NCBI GenBank assembly: GCA_965250285.1
Contig: OZ252299.1
Span: 5,024,001 to 5,088,000, forward strand
Length of the DNA stretch: 64,000 nucleotides
Reading direction: 5' to 3'
Source: Myxococcota bacterium
GTDB lineage: Bacteria; Myxococcota_A; UBA9160; UBA4427
Below are positions 31,462-41,543 of the stretch, piece after piece (position 1 is the first letter of the stretch; the number at the start of each line of letters is the position of its first letter). Made by a program: the position numbers and the translations under genes. A model generated the notes under the pieces. The model was not told the origin of the DNA, did not search any database, and saw nothing but the letters and a program-made list of their open reading frames with translations.

Positions 31462-32631
31462 ATGCCCGCTTCGATCGATCCCGGTTCGCCCGGCGCCCCG
31501 CCCGGCTCCGCCGCAGCCGACTCGGCCAGCGCGCCGCCCGGCTCCGCCGCAGCCGACTCGGCCGGCGCGCCGCCCCGCTCCGCCGAGGCCGGCTCGGCCG
31601 GCCGCACGCTCGAGGTGGGCGAACAGGACGCGGGCGTGCGGCTCGACGTCTTCCTCTCGCGCACGCTCGAGATCTCGCGGGCCCAGTCCCGTCGGCTGCT
31701 GGCGCGCGGCTCGGTCTCGCTTCAGGCTCGGATCCTCAGCGACAAGGACAAGGGGCTCGCGCTGCCGGCCGGCGCCCGGCTCGAGGTCGCGTCGTTCCGT
31801 CGCCCCGAAGAGCAGGCTCCGCAGCCCGAGCCCGAGGGCGGCGCGGCGATGCCGCGGGTGCTTGCTGAAGGCGACGGCTGGCTCGTGGTCGACAAGCCCG
31901 CGGGCATGCCCGTCCATCCGCTCGATGAAGGCGAAACCGGGACGGTGCTCAACGCGGTGGTGAAGTCGCATCCCGAGATGATCGGCGTGGGTGAGGGCGG
32001 TCTACGCTGCGGCGTCGTGCATCGGCTCGACGTCTGGACGAGCGGTGCCCTCGTCGTGGCGACGCGTGAAGCCGTCTGGCAGCGGCTGCGCCGCGCGTTC
32101 GCCGAGCACCGGGTGTCGAAGCGCTACGTCGCGCTCGTCGAGGGTGAGTTCGAAGCCGGGGCAGGCGGCGAGCTCGAGATGAACCTCGGGCTCGTCATGG
32201 CGCGGCATCGACCCGCGAAGGTGCGCGTGGTGCGGCCGAGTGAGCCGGACAGTCCGGCCGTGCGGCCGGTGTCGCAGACGGTGCGCCGGATCGACTCGTA
32301 TGGCGGTGAAGCTTCGATGGTCGAGATTCGGCCGCGCACGGGCTTCCTGCACCAGATTCGGGTCACCCTCGCACATCTCGGTCATCCGCTGATCGGCGAT
32401 CGCACGTACGGATCGCGCGCGCGGGGCGACCGAGCCGACTGGGCCGAGATCTGCGGGGCGCGTCGGCACATGCTGCACGCGGCCGAGGTCGAGATCGATG
32501 AAGTGCACGCGGTGTCGCCGATCGCCGCCGACTTCGATGCGTGTCGGCGCAAGCTCGCTGAGATCGGCCGGGCGCTGACGCTCGAGCTCGAAGACGAAGC
32601 CAGCGAGGAAACAGGAGACTCGACCGAATGA
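31462..32631 (+). CDS. RluA/RluD-family pseudouridine synthase
   Basis: S4-like RLDVFL, VVDKPAGMPVHP, GVVHRLD, HQIRV..AHLGHPLIGD. Confidence 0.9.
   Translation: MPASIDPGSPGAPPGSAAADSASAPPGSAAADSAGAPPRSAEAGSAGRTLEVGEQDAGVRLDVFLSRTLEISRAQSRRLLARGSVSLQARILSDKDKGLALPAGARLEVASFRRPEEQAPQPEPEGGAAMPRVLAEGDGWLVVDKPAGMPVHPLDEGETGTVLNAVVKSHPEMIGVGEGGLRCGVVHRLDVWTSGALVVATREAVWQRLRRAFAEHRVSKRYVALVEGEFEAGAGGELEMNLGLVMARHRPAKVRVVRPSEPDSPAVRPVSQTVRRIDSYGGEASMVEIRPRTGFLHQIRVTLAHLGHPLIGDRTYGSRARGDRADWAEICGARRHMLHAAEVEIDEVHAVSPIAADFDACRRKLAEIGRALTLELEDEASEETGDSTE
31493..31602 (+). repeat. Three in-frame 36-bp tandem repeats (APPGSAAADSAS-like)
   Basis: cgccgcccggctccgccgcagccgactcggcc unit repeated; the third copy has diverged. 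Confidence 0.85.
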
Positions 32632-33161
32632 AGATCGTGGTCGTCGTGGCCTCGGCCACCGGGCGCACGCGTCGCATGGCCGAAGCGTTCGTCGAGGGCG
32701 CCGAATCGGAGGGTGCTGACGTCGAGCTGCTCGATGCGGCCGACGCCGATGGTCACGCCCTCGTCGATGCGGCTGCGGTCGTGCTCGGGTGTGGCGTCCA
32801 CATGTCGGGTGTCCCGACGGCGATGCGCTCGTTCCTCGAGCGGCTCGCGCCGCAGTGGATGGCCGGCGTCTTCACGGGCAAGCTGGCGGCAGGGTTCGTG
32901 ACCTCGGGTGCCGGCGCCCGCGGCGGCGGCGAGATGGCGCTCGTCGAGCTGCTCTCGGCGCTCGCCCAGCACGGCATGCTGCTCGTCTCGATGCCGAACC
33001 GCACCGAGGGCTTCTCGGCGGCTGGCTCGCATTGGGGACCGATCGCCTGGACGAACCCCCGGCAGGGCGAGGCCGGTCCCACCGCGGCGCACCTGAAGGC
33101 CGCCCGCGGGCACGGCGCCCACGTTGCGCGCTGTGCGGCGCGCTGGGGCGCCGAGGCGTAG
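32628..33161 (+). CDS. WrbA-like flavodoxin / NAD(P)H:quinone oxidoreductase
   Basis: [13 protein letters not shown]-loop, [18 protein letters not shown]. Confidence 0.85.
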   Translation: MKIVVVVASATGRTRRMAEAFVEGAESEGADVELLDAADADGHALVDAAAVVLGCGVHMSGVPTAMRSFLERLAPQWMAGVFTGKLAAGFVTSGAGARGGGEMALVELLSALAQHGMLLVSMPNRTEGFSAAGSHWGPIAWTNPRQGEAGPTAAHLKAARGHGAHVARCAARWGAEA

Positions 33162-33238
33162 CGCCCGCGCGATCCGCCTGGATTTCGCCGCCCCAGCGTC
33201 GCCCACGAAGCGTCGATCGAGTCGTGCCGCTCCCCGTC

Positions 33239-33267
33239 TGGATACCCCACCCGGGTATAGGTATCCT
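33239..33267 (+). promoter_or_regulatory. copA promoter with overlapping CsoR operator
   Basis: TGGATA-17nt-TATCCT; inverted repeat ATACCC-CACCC-GGGTAT (33242-33258) of the C/G-tract CsoR type; csoR lies downstream. Confidence 0.8.
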
Positions 33268-33303
33268 CCCGACGCCGAGCCCGTCGGCGCCGAGGAGCCC
33301 ACG

Positions 33304-35610
33304 ATGTCCGAAGCCCCGTCCGAGTCGACGGTCGTCGATCCCGTCTGCGGCATGAACGTGACGCCGGGTGGGGCGCATCACCGCACGGTCGACGGCGAGC
33401 CCTTCGACTTCTGCTCGGCCCGCTGTGCCGAACGCTTCGTCGCCGATCCCGCGTCGTTCCTTTCGGGCGATGCCCAGGCGAAGCCCGCTGGGCCGGGGCC
33501 GTTCACGTGTCCGATGCATCCCGAGATCGTCTCGGACGAGCCCGGCTCGTGTCCGATCTGCGGCATGGCGCTCGAGCCCATGGCGCCCAGCCTCGACGAC
33601 GCCGGCAACCCCGAGCTCGACGACATGACGCGCCGCTTCAAGATCGCGCTGGCGTTGGCGCTGCCCGTCTTCGTCGTTGCCATGGGCGAGATGACGCCGC
33701 TGCACGCCGCCTTCGCGTCGCTGCCGAAAGGGCTGGTCGAGTGGGGCCAGCTGCTGCTCGCGACGCCCGTCGTGCTGTGGTGTGGCTGGCCCTTCCTCGA
33801 GCGTGGTGCCGCCTCGCTGCGCACCGGCCACCTCAACATGTTCACGCTCGTGGCGGTCGGCACGCTGGCCGCGTGGGGCTACAGCGTCGTCGCGGTCGTC
33901 GCGCCGGGCGTGTTCCCCGACTCGTTCCGCGGCCCCGACGGATCGGTCGCCGTCTACTTCGAGGCGGCGGCGGTCATCGTGACGCTCGTGCTGCTCGGTC
34001 AGGTGCTCGAGCTGCGGGCGCGCGACCAGACCGGAGCCGCGATCAAGTCGCTCCTCGGGCTCGCACCGAAGGAGGCTCGACGCATCGACGCCGACGGCAG
34101 CGAGAACGACGTCGCCCTCGACGCAGTTCGCGTCGGAGACTTGCTGCGCGTGCGGCCGGGTGAGAAGGTGCCGGTCGACGGCGTGGTCGTGAGTGGAGCG
34201 AGCGCGGTCGACGAGTCGATGCTCACCGGCGAGCCGATCCCGGCCTCGAAGGCCGAGGGCGACGATGTGACGGGGGCGACCATCAACCAGACCGGGGCGC
34301 TCGTGATCCGTGCCGGACGGGTCGGCAGCGACACCTTGCTGTCTCAGATCGTGCAGCTCGTCGCCGAGGCGCAGCGTACGCGCGCGCCGATCCAGGGCCT
34401 GGCCGATCTCGTCGCGGGTTGGTTCGTGCCGGCGGTCATCGCGGCCTCGGTGCTCACGTTCATCGTGTGGGCGGTGATCGGGCCCGACCCGCGCATGGCG
34501 CACGCGCTCGTCAACGCGGTCGCCGTACTCATCATCGCGTGCCCGTGTGCGCTGGGTCTCGCCACGCCGATGTCGATCATGGTGGCGAGCGGCAAGGGCG
34601 CCGGGCTGGGCGTGCTCTTTCGCAACGCCGAGTCGATCGAGCTGTTGCGCGACGTCGACACGGTGGTCGTCGACAAGACGGGCACGCTCACCGAAGGGCG
34701 CCCGAAGCTGGTCGACGTCGTCGCCGATGCAGCGATCGCGTCGGACGAGCTCTTGGCGCTGGCTGCTTCGCTCGAGCAGAGCAGCGAACACCCGCTGGCT
34801 CGGGCGATCGAAGCGGGCGCCGCCTCGCGCGGGCTCGCGCTCCGTGCGGTGAGCGGCTTCGAATCGCGCACCGGTACAGGGATCCTCGGCGACGTCGAAG
34901 GCCGCCAAGTGGCCGTCGGCAACGCAAGTCTCATGGAGCAGGTCGCGGGAGACGCCGCAATCTTCTGGAACCGCGCCGAGGCGATGCGGGCCGAAGGCCA
35001 GACCGTGATGTTCGTCGCCGTCGATGGGCGTGTCGCTGGCCTGCTCGCGGTCGCCGACCCGATCAAGGGGTCGACCCCCGATGCGATCTCGGCGCTGCAT
35101 GCCGAGGGGATGCGCATCATCATGCTGACCGGGGACGAACGCGCGACCGCCGAGGCCGTGGCCGCACGGCTCGGCCTCGACGAAGTGCACGCCGGGGTGT
35201 TGCCCGCAGAGAAGGCCGAGGTCGTGAAGGCGCTGCAGGCCGAAGGGCGCACCGTCGCGATGTGCGGCGACGGCGTCAACGATGCCCCGGCGCTCGCCCA
35301 GGCCCACGTCGGGATCGCCATGGGGACCGGCGCCGACGTCGCCATGCAGAGCGCCGGCGTGACGTTGGTGAAGGGCGATCTGCGCGGCGTCGTGCGCGCG
35401 ATTCGGCTGAGCCGTCGCACGATGGCGAACATCCGCGAGAACCTCTTCTTTGCATTCGTCTACAACGCGGTCGGCGTGCCCGTGGCCGCGGGCGTGTTGT
35501 ACCCCGTGGCCGGCATCCTGCTGAGCCCGATGATCGCCGCGGCTGCGATGAGCCTCAGCTCGTTCTCGGTGATCGCCAACTCGCTGCGTCTGCGGCGCGC
35601 CGAGGTGTGA
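33304..35610 (+). CDS. copA: Cu(I)-translocating P1B-type ATPase with YHS and CPMHP metal-binding domains
   Basis: [39 protein letters not shown] and MxxSS motifs. Confidence 0.95.
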   Translation: MSEAPSESTVVDPVCGMNVTPGGAHHRTVDGEPFDFCSARCAERFVADPASFLSGDAQAKPAGPGPFTCPMHPEIVSDEPGSCPICGMALEPMAPSLDDAGNPELDDMTRRFKIALALALPVFVVAMGEMTPLHAAFASLPKGLVEWGQLLLATPVVLWCGWPFLERGAASLRTGHLNMFTLVAVGTLAAWGYSVVAVVAPGVFPDSFRGPDGSVAVYFEAAAVIVTLVLLGQVLELRARDQTGAAIKSLLGLAPKEARRIDADGSENDVALDAVRVGDLLRVRPGEKVPVDGVVVSGASAVDESMLTGEPIPASKAEGDDVTGATINQTGALVIRAGRVGSDTLLSQIVQLVAEAQRTRAPIQGLADLVAGWFVPAVIAASVLTFIVWAVIGPDPRMAHALVNAVAVLIIACPCALGLATPMSIMVASGKGAGLGVLFRNAESIELLRDVDTVVVDKTGTLTEGRPKLVDVVADAAIASDELLALAASLEQSSEHPLARAIEAGAASRGLALRAVSGFESRTGTGILGDVEGRQVAVGNASLMEQVAGDAAIFWNRAEAMRAEGQTVMFVAVDGRVAGLLAVADPIKGSTPDAISALHAEGMRIIMLTGDERATAEAVAARLGLDEVHAGVLPAEKAEVVKALQAEGRTVAMCGDGVNDAPALAQAHVGIAMGTGADVAMQSAGVTLVKGDLRGVVRAIRLSRRTMANIRENLFFAFVYNAVGVPVAAGVLYPVAGILLSPMIAAAAMSLSSFSVIANSLRLRRAEV

Positions 35611-35641
35611 TGCGCACGCGGAAACGAAAGGGAGAAGACGC

Positions 35642-35926
35642 GTGAAGGACGATGCACGCAAGAAGCTGATGGCCCGGCTGCGCCGGATCGAGGGCCAGGT
35701 CGCGGGGATTCAGCGCATGGTCGAAGAGGACCGCTACTGCGTCGACATCCTGCACCAGGTGGCCGCGGTCGAGAGCGCCCTCGACCGCGTTGGGCACCTG
35801 CTGCTCGCCGGGCACGTCGAGACATGCGTCGCGAGCGCCCTCGAGAGCGGTCGGCCGAAGGAGCGGCGTGAGAAGATCGACGAGCTGATGCAGGTGTTCT
35901 CGCGCTTCGGTCGAGTTCGACCCTGA
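35642..35926 (+). CDS. csoR: Copper-sensing repressor (CsoR/RcnR family)
   Basis: RLRRIEGQVAGIQRMVEEDRYC...HVETC. Confidence 0.92.
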   Translation: MKDDARKKLMARLRRIEGQVAGIQRMVEEDRYCVDILHQVAAVESALDRVGHLLLAGHVETCVASALESGRPKERREKIDELMQVFSRFGRVRP

Positions 35927-35979
35927 TCGAGGCCTGCGGGCTCGCGCTCGGGTCGGGTGTGCGCCCGACACCCGCTCGC

Positions 35980-36657
35980 TCAGCCGCGAACGCGCAAGAA
36001 GGTCAGGCCGTCCGAGATCGATGCCATGACGCAGTCGACCCGGTCGTCGGCTGCGACCTTGTCGTTGAAGGCGCGAATCGCCCGCGTGTCATCCTTCTGA
36101 TTCGAATCGTCGATGACCGAACCGCCCCACAGCACGTTGTCGACGAGGATCAGTCCGCCCGGTCGGATCAGACCGAGCAGCGCCTCGTAGTACGCGTCAT
36201 AGCCGGTCTTGTCGGCGTCGACGAAAGCGAGGTCGTAGGGCCGCGCGTCGCCGGCTTCGTGCTTCAACGCGGCGAGGGTCTCGGTCGCGGGCGCGATGCG
36301 CAGGTCGATGCGTTCGGCGACGCCGGCCGACGCCCAGTGCGGCTTGCCCACCGAGGTCCATTCGTCCGAGACGTCGCAGCACACGAGCCGGCCGCCCTCG
36401 GCGAGGCCCCGCGCGATGCAGAGGGCCGAGTAGCCGGTGAACGTGCCGATCTCGATCGCCTGCTTCGCACCGATCAGGCGTGCGAGCAGCGTCAGCAGCG
36501 CGCCCTGCTCGGGCGCGACCTGCATCACCGAGATGCCGCCGAGCTCGCTCGTTGCGGCGATGAGATCGTTCTGCGCTGCATCGGGGGGCGTGCCATGCGT
36601 GACGAGGTAGCCGTGGATTTCGGGGGAGAGATGAAACGCCTTGGGTTCATCAGCCAT
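35980..36657 (-). CDS. SAM-dependent O-methyltransferase (caffeoyl-CoA OMT family)
   Basis: IEIGTFTGYS, FVDADK, DNVLWGG. Confidence 0.92.
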   Translation of the reverse strand: MADEPKAFHLSPEIHGYLVTHGTPPDAAQNDLIAATSELGGISVMQVAPEQGALLTLLARLIGAKQAIEIGTFTGYSALCIARGLAEGGRLVCCDVSDEWTSVGKPHWASAGVAERIDLRIAPATETLAALKHEAGDARPYDLAFVDADKTGYDAYYEALLGLIRPGGLILVDNVLWGGSVIDDSNQKDDTRAIRAFNDKVAADDRVDCVMASISDGLTFLRVRG

Positions 36658-36781
36658 GGGGGCTCCTCGCTGCCGGGACGGGTTCGGCCAGGGCGACGAG
36701 CATACCATCGGCCCCGTGCGACCGGCCGACGCGCGCCCCACCCTCTTCCCAACGTCGAGGCGATCGCCCAATCTCTTCGCC

Positions 36782-38455
36782 ATGTCGCCGGAGCCCGCAG
36801 CCGAGACCGGACCCGAGCCCGCAGCGAGCGCGGCGACGGCTGACGTCGAAGGTCGACCGCGGCGCATCCAGCCGCAGTTCGTCGCGCTCGCGGCCTGCAC
36901 CGGTCTGCTCTTCGGGTTCGGCGCGCCGCCGGGCGGCTGGTGGTGGCTCTACTGGTTCGCGTTCGCCCCGTTGCTGATCGTCGCGCGTCATCCGCTCACG
37001 CGGACACCGACACAAGCAGCGCTCTACGGCGGGGTCGCGGGGCTCGGCATCGGGCTGGTCGGCTTTCCGTGGATCGGCACGATGCTCGTGAAGTTCGTGG
37101 GCGTTCCCGTCTTCGTCGGGCAGATCGGCCTGGTCCTCTTCTCGATCTGGCTGGCCGTGCCATACGCGATCTGGGCCGTGCTGCTGCACGTCGGACCGCG
37201 ACGGGGCGTGCTCGCCTATGTGTGGGCACCGGTGACGTGGGTGCCGGTGGCGTTCTACTGGCCGGTGCTGTTCAAGTACACGCCCGTGCTCGGTCTCGCC
37301 GAAGTCCCCGAGATGCTCCAGCTGGCCGAATTCGGCGGTGCGCCGCTGCTCGAGCTGGTGATGATGTCGACGGCGCTGCTCGTCGTGGGCGCTGCCCGTC
37401 AGCCGTTCCAGTGGCAGCGAGGCGCGTTCGCCGCGTTGGCGGCGACGATCCCGATCATGACGTTCACCCACGGCGCCGAGCGCATGCTGCAGCTCGAAGA
37501 GCGCGCAAAGGATGCGCCGCGTTGGCGGGTCGGGATCGTGCAGCCGAACGTCCCCGTCGGCGACGTGCCGCTCGCCGAGAACTTCCGGCGTCTGCGCGAG
37601 CCATCGAAGCGGGCCGAGGCCCAGGGGGCCGAGGTCGTCGTTTGGCCCGAAGCCGGTACGTACCCCTACCGGCTGCCGCGACCGGTGCCCGACGAGCACC
37701 AGCTGGGCCGGGCTGGCGTGCTCATCGGCATCGATGGGCCGGTGCTCTTCGGTGTCGGCACGCGCAACCGCGACATCCCCTACGGCTTCAACACATTCGC
37801 GCACATGAGCCGCGACGGGCGGATCGAGGGGACGTACGACAAGGTGCGGCTCGTCTTTCTCGGCGAGAGCATCCCCCTCGTCGACCCGGCGTGGGCGCGT
37901 GAGCAGATCCCGTGGATCTCACAGCTGACCGCGGGCGAGGCACCGGCGGTCTTCGTCGTCGAACGCGAAGACGCACCGCCGGTGCGCGTGGGGCCACTGA
38001 TCTGCCTCGAGGACATCATCGCCGACTACGCCCGCGAAGTGGCCGCGCAGGAGGGCGGCGTCGAGGTGTTCGTCAACTCGACGATCGATGCGTGGTACGG
38101 CTACAGCGCCGAGCCCTGGGAACACCTGGCGCTGGCGCAGATTCGGTCGGTCGAGCACCGCGTGCCGATGGTGCGCAGCGTGTCGACGGGGGTTTCGGCG
38201 GCGATCGATCATCTCGGTCGCCTGCAGGCGCACATTCCCGCCCGCCCCGTCGGGCTCGACAACCTCGACGAGTGGCCGGCCGAAGAGCTGGTCGTCGATC
38301 TGGCGCTGCCGACGAATACGGCCGAGAACCCGACGATCTATGCGCGGGGCGGTCACGCCCTGCCCTGGGTATGCGCAATCGTTGCGGTCGCCGTCGCAGC
38401 GACGCGGCGCGACGAGATCATCGCGCGCGTTCGGGTCGCCGACCGCGAAGAGTGA
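36782..38455 (+). CDS. lnt: Apolipoprotein N-acyltransferase
   Basis: Multiple TMs, VQPNV, WPE, YDKVRLVFLGE, LICLED, DAWYG, STGVSAAID. Confidence 0.9.
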   Translation: MSPEPAAETGPEPAASAATADVEGRPRRIQPQFVALAACTGLLFGFGAPPGGWWWLYWFAFAPLLIVARHPLTRTPTQAALYGGVAGLGIGLVGFPWIGTMLVKFVGVPVFVGQIGLVLFSIWLAVPYAIWAVLLHVGPRRGVLAYVWAPVTWVPVAFYWPVLFKYTPVLGLAEVPEMLQLAEFGGAPLLELVMMSTALLVVGAARQPFQWQRGAFAALAATIPIMTFTHGAERMLQLEERAKDAPRWRVGIVQPNVPVGDVPLAENFRRLREPSKRAEAQGAEVVVWPEAGTYPYRLPRPVPDEHQLGRAGVLIGIDGPVLFGVGTRNRDIPYGFNTFAHMSRDGRIEGTYDKVRLVFLGESIPLVDPAWAREQIPWISQLTAGEAPAVFVVEREDAPPVRVGPLICLEDIIADYAREVAAQEGGVEVFVNSTIDAWYGYSAEPWEHLALAQIRSVEHRVPMVRSVSTGVSAAIDHLGRLQAHIPARPVGLDNLDEWPAEELVVDLALPTNTAENPTIYARGGHALPWVCAIVAVAVAATRRDEIIARVRVADREE

Positions 38456-38471
38456 AGGCGCTCGGGCCGGT

Positions 38472-38840
38472 TCAGCCGCCGCCTTCCTGCTTCATCTGAG
38501 CCTGCATCGCGCGGGCCCGGGCGTCTTCGGCCTCGGGGATGAGGCCCTTCTGCATCAGGATCCGCGACAGATTCGTGTGGCTCAGCGGGTCGTCGGGCTC
38601 GAGCTCGACGAGCTTCTGGGCGCACTCGATCGCCTCTTCGAGGTCGCCCTCAGCGCCGCGCTTGGCCAGCGCCATCGAGAGGCCGTTCCAGGCGATCGGG
38701 AGCGTCGCGTCGCCCGCGATGGCTTCGCGATAGCGTGCTACGGCGGCGTCGAGCTCGCCCTTCGCGAAGAGGCCGAAGGCCTCCTTCGCGATCGCCTTGG
38801 CATCGGGGTTCGTGTCTTGGGGGGAGGAGTCATCGGGCAT
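38472..38840 (-). CDS. Small TPR protein
   Basis: AWNGLSMALA...ELEPDDPLSHTNLS TPR pattern. Confidence 0.8.
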   Translation of the reverse strand: MPDDSSPQDTNPDAKAIAKEAFGLFAKGELDAAVARYREAIAGDATLPIAWNGLSMALAKRGAEGDLEEAIECAQKLVELEPDDPLSHTNLSRILMQKGLIPEAEDARARAMQAQMKQEGGG

Positions 38841-38863
38841 CGCGCGAGTATACTCGGGTCCAC

Positions 38864-39919
38864 ATGGAGATCCGCACCCTCCACACCGACGAGCACCCGA
38901 CCCTGCTCACCCTGCTCGAAGGCCATCCGCCGGTGGATGGACAACCGGCGCGAACCCTGCTCGAGCGTCGCATCGAGCACGATCCGACCTTCGGCCCCGA
39001 CCAGGTGATCGTCGCGGTCGATCACGGTCGCCTGCTCGGGTGCATCGTGATCGTGCCCCGGCCCCTGCTCGTGCTCGGCCATCGCATACCTTCGGGCGGC
39101 CTAGCGTTGCTCTACGTCGAGCCCGAGTCGCGTGGACAGGGGTTCGCGCGCGCGCTGGTCGAGCATGCGGCGACGGCCATGCGCGAGCGCGGCGTCGAGC
39201 TCTCGATCGTGTTCCCGCCCGTCCCCGAGCTGTTCGAGGCACAGGGCTGGCGGGTCTGGACCGGGCAGCGCGCGATCCTGCGCCGCGGTGAGAAGGCCGT
39301 CGCGCCGAGCGGCGCGATCGAGCGCACCAATGAAATCGAGCTCGACCGTTTCGACGCCGACAGCGAGCGGGGCCTGTCGGCGATCCAGGCCATCCACTCG
39401 GCCTACGCTGCGAATCGCCACGGCTCGGTGATTCGCGACGACGAACTCTGGAAGGCGAGCCTGCGGCTCGCGGGCAACCCCGAAGAAGAGATCTGGATCG
39501 CTCGACGGGGAGGGCTCGCCGTCGCGTATGCGCGCGCCGCCGTGCTCGACGAGGTGTTGACCGTGACCGAGATGGGTCGCTTCGAAGATGGCGCCGGCGC
39601 GTTGGCCAAGCTGATCCGCAGCCTGCTCGAGCCCCGCGAAGACGACCTGCTCGCGACGAACGGTCGATCGAGTGAAGCGGTGCGCGACTTTCTCGTGCTG
39701 CCGACGTTCGACGACATCGGTCTGACGGTCGGGCTCGAGCACGAGGGCACCACCTCACACCCGATGGATGATCGCGCCGGGCTCGTGCGCTGCCTCAATC
39801 TGGGTGCGCTCGCCGCGCGACTCGATGTCGAGCTCTTCGACGACGAGACGCCCGAGGCTTTTCTCGAGCGGATCCTGCCACCCGACGGCTTCGTGTTCTG
39901 GCCGGCCGATCGTTTCTAG
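38864..39919 (+). CDS. GNAT-family acetyltransferase (Eis-like)
   Basis: VEPESRGQGFARAL motif A; tandem GNAT-like organisation; ends WPADRF. Confidence 0.8.
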   Translation: MEIRTLHTDEHPTLLTLLEGHPPVDGQPARTLLERRIEHDPTFGPDQVIVAVDHGRLLGCIVIVPRPLLVLGHRIPSGGLALLYVEPESRGQGFARALVEHAATAMRERGVELSIVFPPVPELFEAQGWRVWTGQRAILRRGEKAVAPSGAIERTNEIELDRFDADSERGLSAIQAIHSAYAANRHGSVIRDDELWKASLRLAGNPEEEIWIARRGGLAVAYARAAVLDEVLTVTEMGRFEDGAGALAKLIRSLLEPREDDLLATNGRSSEAVRDFLVLPTFDDIGLTVGLEHEGTTSHPMDDRAGLVRCLNLGALAARLDVELFDDETPEAFLERILPPDGFVFWPADRF

Positions 39920-40009
39920 CGGAGTCCTTCATGTCGACGTTCGAAACCCGGCTGCACGCGCAGTCATTCGCGCCGCTGCAGGGTGGCTTCGCGCTGCCAC
40001 GGAGAACCG

Positions 40010-40333
40010 ATGTCGCTTCGTGAGCGGGTCATCGCGCGTCGGAGCCCCGTGCACGGCAAGGGCGTCTTTGCGCGCCGACGGATTCGCACCGGGCAGTACA
40101 TCGGTACGTTCGAGGGCCGCGAGACGCACGAAGACGGCACCTATGTGCTCTGGCTGGTCGAAGCAGACGGCACAGAGGTCGGGATCGAGGGCCGCAACGA
40201 TCTGCGATTCCTGAATCACTCCCGCGAGCCCAACGCGGAGCTGCGCGAGCTCGACCTCTATGCGATTCGCAACATCCAACCGGGGGCCGAGATCTACATC
40301 CACTATGGGGAGGCCTGGAATGACATCGATTGA
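40010..40333 (+). CDS. Minimal SET-domain protein (putative lysine methyltransferase)
   Basis: SPVHGKGVFA, RFLNHSREPNA, GAEIYIHYG; GGAG RBS. Confidence 0.88.
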   Translation: MSLRERVIARRSPVHGKGVFARRRIRTGQYIGTFEGRETHEDGTYVLWLVEADGTEVGIEGRNDLRFLNHSREPNAELRELDLYAIRNIQPGAEIYIHYGEAWNDID

Positions 40334-40736
40334 TGCTTCGCTTCGGATGCGACTCGCACTGCTGGTCGCACTGGTCCTCGCGCTCGCATGCAACGACCAG
40401 AGACCGCCCCGCGTCGACGTCTCTGTGAGCAAAGCGTACGCCGAGTGGAAGTCGGAGGATCCGCCGATCTTTCTCGACACCCGCAGCGCGACCGAGTATC
40501 GCCAGGGCCATATCGAGGGCTCGGTCCACATTCCGCACACCGAGGTCGCGAGCCGCATCGACGAGCTTCGGGCGATCGGCGAAGAGCGCGTCATCGTGTA
40601 CTGCGAGCGCGGCGGCCGAGCGCGCGCTGCGGAGGAGGCGCTCGCCGAAGCCGGCGGCTTCGACGTGCGTCACATGGAGGGTGACATGCGGACGTGGCGA
40701 CGCAGCGATCTACCGGTGGTGCGTGGCGACGACTGA
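40320..40736 (+). CDS. Rhodanese-domain lipoprotein
   Basis: LALA-C lipobox, DTRSATEYRQGHIEGS, active-site YCERGGRA. Confidence 0.85.
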   Translation: MTSIDASLRMRLALLVALVLALACNDQRPPRVDVSVSKAYAEWKSEDPPIFLDTRSATEYRQGHIEGSVHIPHTEVASRIDELRAIGEERVIVYCERGGRARAAEEALAEAGGFDVRHMEGDMRTWRRSDLPVVRGDD

Positions 40737-40811
40737 GTCGCGGGTTTCTCGCGCCGGCTTCGGCCCGGACGGCGCGCTGGCCTCGTGGGGCACTGGGCCG
40801 CTGACCGCGAT

Positions 40812-41414
40812 CTACACCCGAACGGGGTCGTTGCGGCGATGACCGACGGGCAGAGGCGCATACGCGGCCCGGCCCGGGCGGCGCCGCAGCGCCAGCGCGC
40901 CGAGGCCCACCGCGACGAGCAGCGCAGACTTCGGCTCGGGGATCGGCACCACGGCGGCTCGCCAACGTGAGCGCATGGCGAGCACCGCAGGCATGCTGTC
41001 GACCGGCCATGCCCAGCCGGCTTCGGCGTGCAGCTGCAGCGAGTCGATGCGATTCGACTCGAACGCGAGCAGCAGCCCCAGGATCTCGCTGTCGTCGGCC
41101 TCGCGGAGGCCGGGCGCCGGCGCCAGCGCACCCAGCCAGAGTGAAGCGGCGAGCAGCGATCCCGTGCGTCGAATCTCTCGGGCCGCTTCGAGCGCGAACT
41201 CGATCCCGAGGATGTGGGTGGCCGCTCGCTCGTCGGTGGAAGCGGCCGCGTCGCTCGCCGCCATCCGCGCCGCATCGCTCGCGCGCCCGGGCCAGTCGAG
41301 GACGAACGCAGCCGACGGCACCCCCGCCGAGATCGACAGGATCAACACGGCGGCCAGCGCGCCGCTGGTGCGGCACGTTGCAATGAAGCCTCGACTCGCC
41401 ACGGTTCGCAGCAC
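40812..41414 (-). CDS. Short PEP-CTERM domain protein
   Basis: N-terminal hydrophobic signal; C-terminal IPEPKSALLVAVGLGALALRRR. Confidence 0.65.
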   Translation of the reverse strand: MLRTVASRGFIATCRTSGALAAVLILSISAGVPSAAFVLDWPGRASDAARMAASDAAASTDERAATHILGIEFALEAAREIRRTGSLLAASLWLGALAPAPGLREADDSEILGLLLAFESNRIDSLQLHAEAGWAWPVDSMPAVLAMRSRWRAAVVPIPEPKSALLVAVGLGALALRRRPGRAAYAPLPVGHRRNDPVRV

Positions 41415-41543
41415 GGTTCGCTCCCTCGAGCACGGGCCGAGGCGCAGCGGCCCGATGAAGGGAGGTGGTGTACGACGCCGCGTTGTGTCACGAATGGATG
41501 GCCGATTCCCAGGGGTCGGGGCGTTCTGGCCTCATTTGAGCGC

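Noticed and set aside
32872..35661. Long antisense or alternate-frame ORFs (e.g. 929 aa opposite copA, 13021-15243, 46917-49439)
   Set aside because: Shadow ORFs expected in very high-GC DNA; Arg/Ala/Gly-rich, motif-free and overlapping well-supported genes
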